A stretch of DNA of 64,000 nt from the NCBI GenBank assembly GCA_964499485.1, contig CAZCLF010000005.1:27335-91334 (forward strand). The letters are read 5' to 3'. Shown here one piece after another: positions 21,039-29,198 of this stretch (positions within the stretch are counted from its first letter, which is position 1; each line of letters begins with the position of its first letter). Made by a program: the position numbers and the translations under genes. The notes under the pieces were generated by a model that was not told the DNA's origin, made no database searches, and saw only the letters and a program-made list of their open reading frames with translations. The stretch is from an uncultured Rhodocyclaceae bacterium (lineage in GTDB: Bacteria > Pseudomonadota > Gammaproteobacteria > Burkholderiales > Rhodocyclaceae).

Positions 21039-22022
21039 ATGTCAGCCCACACAATTCACGTCGTTGCCAGCCTACAAGGCCTAAGTGGCGCAGAAACGCA
21101 TTCAGCATCACTCGTGCGCTGCCTCAATCAAGCGGGTGCAGATGTGGTCTTCTGGAGTGATCGCAGCAGCCCTATAGTGAATCAGTATCGTGCCCATGAG
21201 ATACGTCCATTTGGGGGGGCGATGCCTCGTGGTGGCACGCTGATATTGGTTGGGGCTTATCTGAACTTGATGCCGTGGATTGCACATGCTCGCCCACAGC
21301 GACTTGTGCTCGTGTGTATTAATTCTGACCCGGTTTCTTTCCAGCGCACACTCGGGATTTTGCGGCAACCAAGTCTGCCCGATGTAGAGATCGTTTATGT
21401 CAGTTCCCGTTTACGCGACACCATGGGGCTACCGGGAATCATATGCCCGGAGATCATGGATATGGAAACCTTTTATCCTTGTGAAGACCAAGCAGAAGAA
21501 AACCGTATGGTCGTTGGGCGCCTCTCGCGAGACACTCCAGATAAGCATCACCCGGACGATCCGTCGCTCTACCGCCTACTCGTCCATGCTGGCTTCAATG
21601 TTCGCATCATGGGCGGGCTGTGTTTATCGGATACTTTAGAAAACACAGAGGGGGTCGATCTACTTCCAGCTGGAACAGTGCCGGCAGCTACCTTTCTACG
21701 AAGCCTAGATATCTTTTTCTACCGTACCAGCCCAAGCTGGAACGAACCGTCAGGTCGGGTTGTTATGGAAGCTCTTGCATGTGGACTACCCGTTGTAGCC
21801 CACGTCAGCGGGGGCTATACCGACTGGATCCGCAATGGCGAAAATGGCTTCGTCTTTCGCGAGCAAGAAGAAGCTTGGGAAATTTTAACTACGCTCAAAG
21901 CACGGCCCGATATATGTAAAAGAATGCGTAGGGCGGCTCGAGAAACGGCCAATGAATTGGCCGGTCCCGCCGCACGCGATCATTACATTTCGTGGCTCAA
22001 AAGCATCAAACCCTTTAACTAG
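21039..22022 (+). CDS. GT4-family (GT-B, retaining) glycosyltransferase
   Basis: The C-terminal EX7E motif is EPSGRVVMEALACGLPVV, followed by NGENGFVF. The start is assumed at MSAHTIHVV (21039). Confidence 0.7.
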   Translation: MSAHTIHVVASLQGLSGAETHSASLVRCLNQAGADVVFWSDRSSPIVNQYRAHEIRPFGGAMPRGGTLILVGAYLNLMPWIAHARPQRLVLVCINSDPVSFQRTLGILRQPSLPDVEIVYVSSRLRDTMGLPGIICPEIMDMETFYPCEDQAEENRMVVGRLSRDTPDKHHPDDPSLYRLLVHAGFNVRIMGGLCLSDTLENTEGVDLLPAGTVPAATFLRSLDIFFYRTSPSWNEPSGRVVMEALACGLPVVAHVSGGYTDWIRNGENGFVFREQEEAWEILTTLKARPDICKRMRRAARETANELAGPAARDHYISWLKSIKPFN

Positions 22023-23379
22023 AACTGGGTGGTGTAGTCGTCAGCGATTGCTGTTTGAAAGCAGCGGCGCCTGAGGTTACATCGCTACCGTCATTAATTT
22101 TATACACAATCCCGGCGTGGCTCGCATTCGAGCCTGCAAACAAGCCCTGCACCGAAGCGGTAGCTCCACTTCCCCCACCGGTGACGGACCCTGACATTGA
22201 GAAAGTCGAGGAGCCCCATGTCGAACCACTGTACGAATAATTCGTTGAACCAGCTTGAACTGACAGATTCAATTGAACGTTGACCGAGCCACTGCTATCG
22301 AATGCAGCTGTAAGACTGCCGCTCGTAACAGAAGCGGAACCGAGTGATGATGTCGGATTGGTATAGCCAATCAGGCTATACGTGCCGGTCATATTATGAA
22401 TACCGGTAAAGTCTGTCGTTGGCTTGCCGACTACATAGTGCAGTGAACTCAGTGCCGTGCCTGAGTTATAAGACGCAGGACTCCATAAGCCCCAGCCAAT
22501 CACGCCATCAAAGGAAAACGATCCAACCACCGTCTCAGCTTTGTAGATCGTTCCGGCATTAATCGCAGTGAGCTTAGAGGCCTCAGCGAATGTCGCGGTA
22601 ACTGAGGAGTTGGAGCCAATATCGTGGGAGCTCGCACTGTCCTTATAAGTCCATGCAGCTGCATAACCTGAGCCAGATACTAAATCGGGACCAAATAAAC
22701 TCAGCGTCCCTGACGAGTTCCGATTTTCACTCGTTGAATAAGTCACGGCCGCCGGTTCAGTTGCAGCCGCAGGCGGTAACGCCGGCCGACTTTCCGTCCG
22801 CCGAGGTTGTGAGTTGTTTCCGGTCACAATGGCTGACTCACCACCCGCGACCGTCACACAACCGCCAGCATTACATACTTCAATCGCACCTTCGCCAGTG
22901 GCGAGCGAAAGCTGACCATCTTGTCCGCCAGTGAAGCGCACTGCATATTCCGTCCCACGAATACCAATGGTGGCCACGGAGGTAGAAATGCGATAACTGT
23001 CTCGATTCGTACGGCCAACTAAGCCAGTAATTGTACGTAGCCCCCCTTTGATGAGGCTAAAGAAACCCCGCTCACCGCCATCGGACTTTCCTTCAAAACG
23101 GTAATCGTCGATCCGAAATTCGGTCTGCGGCTGGAGCGACAACATAGAGCCATCCGTGAAACGAATTTGCGCGCGTGCGCCATCGCTGGTTCGGATAGTG
23201 TCGCCAGACTCGAGTGCGCTACCCTTCCCTAAGGGACGTTGCGAACCTGTTGCTGTTACCGCGACTACAGTCCCGGCCGCAAACTCGACGCGGCCTGCGG
23301 CAGCATGCCCGATCAAAGGGTATGCTCCAGCAAGCGCCATCATGAGAATGGAATTTTTTAAGCGGAATTGAGGCTTCAT
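22015..23379 (-). CDS. Secreted FecR-domain protein with a Ser/Thr/Gly-rich linker and a TbpB/fHbp-type C-terminal beta-barrel signature; candidate Slam/T11SS cargo
   Basis: The signal peptide is MKPQFRLKNSILMMALAGAYPLIGHAAAG, with no lipobox Cys. The FecR motifs are GDTIRTSDGARAQIRFTDGSMLSL.P.TEF and IGIRGTEY. The C-terminal string GTYSLIGY...GSLTAAFDSSGSVNVQLNLSV...STFSMSGSVTG...VQGLFAGSNASHAGIVY...SGAAAFKQQ parallels the conserved strands of TbpB_B_D-type barrels. Confidence 0.6.
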   Translation of the reverse strand: MKPQFRLKNSILMMALAGAYPLIGHAAAGRVEFAAGTVVAVTATGSQRPLGKGSALESGDTIRTSDGARAQIRFTDGSMLSLQPQTEFRIDDYRFEGKSDGGERGFFSLIKGGLRTITGLVGRTNRDSYRISTSVATIGIRGTEYAVRFTGGQDGQLSLATGEGAIEVCNAGGCVTVAGGESAIVTGNNSQPRRTESRPALPPAAATEPAAVTYSTSENRNSSGTLSLFGPDLVSGSGYAAAWTYKDSASSHDIGSNSSVTATFAEASKLTAINAGTIYKAETVVGSFSFDGVIGWGLWSPASYNSGTALSSLHYVVGKPTTDFTGIHNMTGTYSLIGYTNPTSSLGSASVTSGSLTAAFDSSGSVNVQLNLSVQAGSTNYSYSGSTWGSSTFSMSGSVTGGGSGATASVQGLFAGSNASHAGIVYKINDGSDVTSGAAAFKQQSLTTTPPSSS

Positions 23380-23398
23380 GTCTTTATCCTTGCTCAGC

Positions 23399-24721
23399 TT
23401 AGAACTCTTGCCTGAGAGTCAGTGAGACGGTGTCTCGTTCATATTGGTTAAAAGCCGTATTCGAGCGCTGATCTGTACGCGAATACTGCCCCACCAGTTT
23501 GAGCGTTCTGTTCAGCGCATGGCTGATGCCTGCGCCAAAATTAAATTGCTTATCTTCCCGCTCCACCAAAAAGGTAGTGTCAATCGCCTTGTGGTTCCGA
23601 ATTTCGTAACCCAAATTAGTGAAGAGTGTTGTGTCGGTCCCCAATCGCATTTGGCCTCCCAATCGCAGCCCATAGCCATCGAGATTAAGCGAGCGTGAAG
23701 TTGTATCGCGGTGCACGGACTCTTCAAGCATGTACACGCTTACGTAGCCCAACATGCCATTTCGGAGCGCATGTGCATAAGCCCCACCCCATACCCAGCG
23801 ATTTGCGTCACGCGCAGGCTGGTGGGTATATGTCAGGTCGCTATACTGAACAAAAGCACTTACTTGATTACGCGCATCAATATTGTTTTGCCACTGAGCA
23901 GTGAAGCCGAGTGCTTCACGGAAGCGCGAATTTTCAACGTGGGCAGAACTTGCCTGGCCACTTAAGGAGTAAACGTTTTTGTCTTCTTTGTAGACCAAAC
24001 CAAGATTGGCATCTGCGGTTAGCAAGTCCACATCGCTGCGATCCTGATGCAAACGCTGCGATCCTGATGCGCCGGCTACGATCGCCAATTGCTTGTTTAA
24101 CGGGGAGCGAACATTCACCCCTGCACCAACACTGCCAAACCAGTCACCCGTCGCACGGCTCGTGTTATTGAGCGTTAATGCGAGGCCGCCGAAAGACGGA
24201 ATAGCGATTGCCGACTTGTCAGGGCCCGCATTGACATTCGTGTCGTACCCGAACGTAGCTTCAACGTAGCCAGCTACCTTGGTTTTTCCCTCATTTTCGA
24301 GGCGCTCTACGGCAACCAGAAGGTTATCAATACTTTTTTCAACATCCCCCGGCACACCCAAATTTTTGACCGCTTGCAACTCGTTGCGAGCGGATTCAGT
24401 TTCTCCTGTAGCGAGGTAAGCTCGGCCAATTTCGGCTCGAGCACGAGCGTTTTTAGGATCTTGGGCAAGAATACGTTCAAGGGCAAAGATGGCGCGCGTG
24501 TTTTGTCCGATCTCCAATGCGGCGAGGGCAAAGAGCAGATCAAAATTGACATCACCAGCACGTGTGCTTTCTTGCGGCTCAAGCAATGCGTAAGTAGCTT
24601 TAGCATCACCTGCTTGCATGAATTTTTGGGCTTGCTCTATCAGTGCGTCAGCAGCATGCGCTTGCTGCATGGATAGAGCGCAAGCGATAGCCAGCACGCC
24701 CATGCTTCTTTGGTACTTCAT
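23399..24721 (-). CDS. Outer-membrane protein with an N-terminal TPR region and a C-terminal beta-barrel: Slam/DUF560-like (type XI secretion) candidate
   Basis: The signal peptide ends AHA|ADA. A TPR-like segment follows (ALAALEIGQNTRAIFALERILAQDPKNARARAEIGRAYL). The rest is amphipathic beta-strand-rich, starts near GYVEATFGYDTNVN and ends ...VSLTLRQEF with a terminal aromatic residue. The cargo-like gene lies 19 bp downstream. Confidence 0.55.
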   Translation of the reverse strand: MKYQRSMGVLAIACALSMQQAHAADALIEQAQKFMQAGDAKATYALLEPQESTRAGDVNFDLLFALAALEIGQNTRAIFALERILAQDPKNARARAEIGRAYLATGETESARNELQAVKNLGVPGDVEKSIDNLLVAVERLENEGKTKVAGYVEATFGYDTNVNAGPDKSAIAIPSFGGLALTLNNTSRATGDWFGSVGAGVNVRSPLNKQLAIVAGASGSQRLHQDRSDVDLLTADANLGLVYKEDKNVYSLSGQASSAHVENSRFREALGFTAQWQNNIDARNQVSAFVQYSDLTYTHQPARDANRWVWGGAYAHALRNGMLGYVSVYMLEESVHRDTTSRSLNLDGYGLRLGGQMRLGTDTTLFTNLGYEIRNHKAIDTTFLVEREDKQFNFGAGISHALNRTLKLVGQYSRTDQRSNTAFNQYERDTVSLTLRQEF

Positions 24722-24978
24722 ACTCCCCCCTAGTAAATTCCCACTTACCAGAATTCTAGGGCATGTGGCGCCTCGCTAGCAACCACTAGATGCATTCAGG
24801 CCCATAAATATGTGCCTAAAATCAAATATCTACGCTTGGTGAGCGAAAAGCCAAAATCACAAGCTTTGTGAGAAAAAGGCTGACACACTCAAGCTTTTTG
24901 GTTTCCTTTTTCTCAGTTCCATAGCTATGTTGGGGCTCATGCACCACGGCAAGGCACAAACGACTGGCGGCGCACCAA

Positions 24979-27219
24979 TCAGTTGCGTACGCAGTCCACG
25001 TAATAGCCTAGGTTACCCGTGCCGTCATCCTTAACCAAACCATGAATGTCGGTTTCGAAGCCGGGGAAGCGTTCGTTGAAGTCACGGGCGAACTTCAGAT
25101 AGTTCACGATCTTCTTGTTGAAACGCTCGCCTGGGATCAGCAACGGGATACCGGGTGGATAAGGCGTCACCAGCATGGCGGTGATGCGGCCTTCGAGCTC
25201 GTCAATTGCCACGCGCTCAATCTCGCGATGCGCCATTTTGGCGAAGGCGTCTGACGGCTTCATGGCCGGCTCCATGTCCGACAGGTACATCTCTGTCGTC
25301 AGGCGCGCCACGTCGTTAGCCCGATACACATCATGGATCTGCTGGCACAAATCGCGCAGGCCCATGCGCTCATAGCGCACATGCTTGGCAACAAACTCAG
25401 GCAGCACGCGCCACAGCGGCTGGTTCTTGTCGTAATCGTCCTTGAACTGCTGCAGCGCCGTCACCAAGGTGTTCCAACGGCCCTTGGTGATACCGATGGT
25501 GAACATGATGAAGAAAGAATAGAGGCCGCACTTCTCGACGATCACACCATGCTCGGCGAGATACTTGGTCACAATAGCGGCGGGGATACCGAACTCGTCA
25601 GAGAAGTCGCCGTCGACGTCCAAACCCGGGGTAATGATGGTGGCTTTGATCGGATCGAGCAGGTTGAAGTTATCGGCCAGATTGCCGAAGCCGTGCCAAC
25701 GCTCGCCGGCCTTGAGCATCCAGCTGTCGCGCTCTTCCAAGCCCTCTTCGGACAAGTCATCCGGCCCCCAGACCTTGAACCACCAGTCCACACCCCACTC
25801 TTCGTCAACCTTGCGCATGGCACGGCGGAAATCGAGGGCTTCGGTGAGCGACTCTTCCACCAGCGCGGTTCCGCCCGGTGCTTCCATCATCGCCGCGGCA
25901 ACGTCGCACGAGGCAATGATTGAGTATTGCGGTGAGGTGGAGGTGTGCATGAGGTAAGCCTCATTGAACACATCGCGGTCGAGCTTATTGTTCTGTGCAT
26001 CCTGCACGAGGATTTGCGAGGCTTGGCTCAAACCGGCCAGCAGCTTGTGCGTAGACTGCGTCGAGAAAATCATCGACTCCTTGCAGCGTGGACGATCTGC
26101 GCCGATGGCGTGATAGTCGCCATAGAAATCGTGGAAGGCGGCATGCGGCAGCCAAGCTTCGTCGAAATGCAGCGTATCGATCTTGCCATCCAGCTCATCC
26201 TTAATCGCTTCGACGTTGTAAAGAATACCGTCATAGGTACTCTGCGTGATCGTCAGCACGCGTGGCTGCCCCTTGACCTTGCTAGCGAAGGGGTGAGCAG
26301 CAATCTTCTTTTGGATACTTTCCCAGCTGAACTCGGCTTTCGGAATGGGGCCGATGATGCCGAAGTTGTTGCGTGTCGGCATCAGGAATACTGGGATCGC
26401 GCCGGTCATCATGATGGCGTGCAGAATCGACTTGTGACAGTTGCGGTCGACGATGACGATATCGCCCGGTGCAACCGTCGAGTGCCAAACAATCTTGTTC
26501 GAGGTGGACGTGCCGTTGGTGACAAAGAACAAATGGTCCGCATTAAAAATACGCGCCGCATTGCGCTCTGACGCGGCAATCGGGCCGGTGTGATCAAGCA
26601 ACTGACCAAGTTCTTCGACCGCATTACAGACGTCAGCACGCAACATGTTCTCGCCGAAGAACTGGTGGAACATCCGTCCCACAGGCGACTTCAGAAACGC
26701 CACACCACCCGAGTGACCAGGGCAGTGCCACGAATACGAACCATCCGCTGCGTAGTCGGTCAGGGCGCGGAAGAATGGGGGTGGGAGCGAATCGACATAC
26801 GCCTTAGCTTCACGGATGACGTGACGCGCAATGAACTCAGGCGTGTCTTCATACATATGGATGAAGCCATGCAGCTCGCGCAGGATATCGTTCGGGATAT
26901 GGCGTGAGGTACGCGTTTCGCCATGCAGGAAGATTGGAATCTCGGCGTTCTTGAAACGAATCTCTTCAACGAAAGCCCGCAGCTCGGCAATTGTCTCGTC
27001 CTCTTCCATCGCCAGCTCTTCATCATCGACGGACAGAATGAATGCCGATGCACGGCTTTGCTGCTGGGCAAAGGACGTCAGATCGCCATAGCTAGTGACC
27101 CCGATCACCTCCATGCTTTCCTTCTCGATGGCCTCGGCCAATGCGCGGATACCTAGACCCGAAGCATTTTCCGAGCGGAAGTCTTCGTCGATAATGATGA
27201 TAGGAAAGTGGAAGCGCAT
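24979..27219 (-). CDS. Orn/Lys/Arg decarboxylase family enzyme (large PLP fold-type I, biodegradative type)
   Basis: The N-terminal wing domain is MRFHFPIIIIDEDF. The PLP-lysine motif is FSTQSTHKLLAGLSQAS and the family's C-terminal domain is present. The start at 27219 has AGGAG 5 nt upstream. The track start at 27255 has no SD. Confidence 0.88.
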   Translation of the reverse strand: MRFHFPIIIIDEDFRSENASGLGIRALAEAIEKESMEVIGVTSYGDLTSFAQQQSRASAFILSVDDEELAMEEDETIAELRAFVEEIRFKNAEIPIFLHGETRTSRHIPNDILRELHGFIHMYEDTPEFIARHVIREAKAYVDSLPPPFFRALTDYAADGSYSWHCPGHSGGVAFLKSPVGRMFHQFFGENMLRADVCNAVEELGQLLDHTGPIAASERNAARIFNADHLFFVTNGTSTSNKIVWHSTVAPGDIVIVDRNCHKSILHAIMMTGAIPVFLMPTRNNFGIIGPIPKAEFSWESIQKKIAAHPFASKVKGQPRVLTITQSTYDGILYNVEAIKDELDGKIDTLHFDEAWLPHAAFHDFYGDYHAIGADRPRCKESMIFSTQSTHKLLAGLSQASQILVQDAQNNKLDRDVFNEAYLMHTSTSPQYSIIASCDVAAAMMEAPGGTALVEESLTEALDFRRAMRKVDEEWGVDWWFKVWGPDDLSEEGLEERDSWMLKAGERWHGFGNLADNFNLLDPIKATIITPGLDVDGDFSDEFGIPAAIVTKYLAEHGVIVEKCGLYSFFIMFTIGITKGRWNTLVTALQQFKDDYDKNQPLWRVLPEFVAKHVRYERMGLRDLCQQIHDVYRANDVARLTTEMYLSDMEPAMKPSDAFAKMAHREIERVAIDELEGRITAMLVTPYPPGIPLLIPGERFNKKIVNYLKFARDFNERFPGFETDIHGLVKDDGTGNLGYYVDCVRN

Positions 27220-27237
27220 GGCTGCTCCTGAAAGGCA

Positions 27238-27264
27238 AAGACCCGATTGGCTCAATCGGGTCTT
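27238..27264 (-). terminator. Perfect 11-bp hairpin between dcd and the decarboxylase start; dcd terminator and/or 5'-UTR control element
   Basis: AAGACCCGATT-ggctc-AATCGGGTCTT. On the minus strand it is followed by TGCCTTTC and then the decarboxylase SD. Confidence 0.4.
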
Positions 27265-27328
27265 GAAGAAAAGTGGCTAGGGTAAAACGCTACTGTTACG
27301 AAGGTGCGTCAGCGATGAACAAGCGTGA

Positions 27329-27895
27329 TCAGATTTTGGGCAAGGTTACACCGACTTGGCCTTGATACTTGCCGCCGCGGTCCTTGTACGAGGTTTCGCA
27401 CACCTCATCTGACTCGAAAAACAACACTTGGGCGCAGCCCTCGCCAGCGTAAATTTTGGCTGGCAACGGCGTGGTGTTGGAGAATTCCAGCGTCACATAG
27501 CCTTCCCACTCGGGCTCAAAGGGCGTCACATTTACGATGATGCCGCAGCGGGCATACGTGCTCTTGCCTAAGCAGATGGTGAGCACGCTACGTGGGATAC
27601 GGAAGTATTCAACCGTGCGAGCCAACGCAAATGAGTTCGGCGGAATAATGCAGTACTCACCATTCATCTCGACAAAGGAGTTCGGATCGAAATTCTTTGG
27701 ATCAACAATGGTCGAGTTGATATTAGTGAAGACCTTGAACTCCGGCGCGCAGCGAATATCGTAACCATAGCTGGATGTGCCGTAGGACACGATCTTGCGG
27801 CCATCCACCTCACGGACAAGATCCGGCTCAAAGGGCTCGATCATGCCGTGCTGCTCCGCCATGCGGCGTATCCACTTGTCAGACTTAATGCTCAT
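27329..27895 (-). CDS. dcd: dCTP deaminase
   Basis: [23 protein letters not shown]...VSYG.SSYGYD.R is the Dcd N-terminus, and the length of 188 aa fits. Confidence 0.93.
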   Translation of the reverse strand: MSIKSDKWIRRMAEQHGMIEPFEPDLVREVDGRKIVSYGTSSYGYDIRCAPEFKVFTNINSTIVDPKNFDPNSFVEMNGEYCIIPPNSFALARTVEYFRIPRSVLTICLGKSTYARCGIIVNVTPFEPEWEGYVTLEFSNTTPLPAKIYAGEGCAQVLFFESDEVCETSYKDRGGKYQGQVGVTLPKI

Positions 27896-27920
27896 GTGCG
27901 CTTCCGGGATCTGGAAAACG

Positions 27921-27945
27921 AAAAGAGCGGATTATCCGCTCTTTT
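27921..27945 (-). terminator. Rho-independent terminator downstream of apbC
   Basis: AAAAGAGCGGA-tta-TCCGCTCTTTT is a perfect 11-bp stem with T-runs on both strands. Confidence 0.6.
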
Positions 27946-27979
27946 CGGGGTGGTGCAATAGGCTCAGATCAGGTCGTGA

Positions 27980-29068
27980 TCAGGTGTTTTGCACGACGAT
28001 ATTGGGGAACTTGCCGCTCATTTCCTTAGCCTGCTCCGCAATCTTGACCGCCACGCGGCGCGCAATCTGCTTGTAGATGGCGGCAATACGGCCATCTGGA
28101 TCAGCCACTACGGTCGGCTTGCCTTGGTCGGCTTGCAGACGGATGCTCAGATCCAACGGCAACTTGCCCAGCAGCTCAATCTCGTAATCCAGCGACATGC
28201 GCTCGCCACCGCCAGAGCCGAAGATCGCCTCTTCATGGCCGCACTTAGAGCAGATATGGATGCTCATATTTTCGACGATGCCGAGGATCGGGATTCCGAC
28301 CTTCTCGAACATCTTGAGGCCCTTGCGCGCATCCAGCAGAGCGATGTCTTGCGGCGTTGTGACGATGACAGCGCCGGTCACCGGCACTTGCTGCGCCAGG
28401 GTCAATTGAATGTCACCCGTGCCCGGCGGCAAGTCGATCACCAAGTAATCCAGGTTGTCCCAAGCCGTCTGGCCCAGCAACTGCTGCATAGCGGAGGTGA
28501 CCATCGGGCCACGCCACACCATCGGGGTCTCTTGATCGATCAGAAAACCAATCGACATGGTTTGCACATCGTAGGCTTCCATCGGCTTGATGGTCTTGTC
28601 ATCCACCGCTTCGGGACGGCCAGACAGGCCCATCATCTGCGGCTGCGACGGGCCGTAGATATCGGCGTCGAGCAGGCCCACGCGGGCACCTTCGGCAGCC
28701 AGTGCCAGCGCCAGATTTACAGCCGTGGTGGACTTCCCAACGCCGCCCTTGCCGGACGCGACAGCAATGATGTTCTTAACGTTGGGCAGCAGCTTCACAC
28801 CACGCTGCACGGTGTGTGCAACGATCTTGGCGTAAACATTGACGGTGATCTTGCCGATACCGGCGATCTTGCCGAGATGGCCCTCGACCATGTCGCGGAT
28901 CAGGCCGAGCTGGCTCTGTGCCGGGTAGCCGAGTTCGATATCCAGGCTGACATCGGCGCCATTGACCTTGATATTGCGGGCGCTACGGCTGGCAATGAAA
29001 TCCTTACCGGTATTTGGGTCGGTGATTTGCTTGAGTGCGTCCTGAATCGTCGCTTCGGTGATGCTCAT
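27980..29068 (-). CDS. apbC: Fe-S cluster carrier ATPase ApbC/Mrp
   Basis: VASGKGGVGKSTTAVNLALALA is a deviant Walker A motif. The CSKCGHEE Cys pair and the N-terminal DUF59-like region are also present. Confidence 0.92.
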   Translation of the reverse strand: MSITEATIQDALKQITDPNTGKDFIASRSARNIKVNGADVSLDIELGYPAQSQLGLIRDMVEGHLGKIAGIGKITVNVYAKIVAHTVQRGVKLLPNVKNIIAVASGKGGVGKSTTAVNLALALAAEGARVGLLDADIYGPSQPQMMGLSGRPEAVDDKTIKPMEAYDVQTMSIGFLIDQETPMVWRGPMVTSAMQQLLGQTAWDNLDYLVIDLPPGTGDIQLTLAQQVPVTGAVIVTTPQDIALLDARKGLKMFEKVGIPILGIVENMSIHICSKCGHEEAIFGSGGGERMSLDYEIELLGKLPLDLSIRLQADQGKPTVVADPDGRIAAIYKQIARRVAVKIAEQAKEMSGKFPNIVVQNT

Positions 29069-29198
29069 ATGAACTCCAATGCCAAAATACTTGAGTGATT
29101 TTGTCTAGTATACCCGACCAATGACGGACAGACCGGGCTTAGGCACGGGGCTTTGGTAAAATGGCTGATTGCCGAATCCTGCTTCCCAGCGTCCCCAC

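Noticed and set aside
27989-29098. A 369-aa plus-strand ORF covering the entire apbC gene in antisense
   Set aside because: Its product is R/A/L/H/D/G-rich with no recognisable motif. apbC on the other strand has unambiguous family signatures (Walker A, CxxC). Long antisense shadow ORFs are expected in GC-rich genes with strong codon periodicity.
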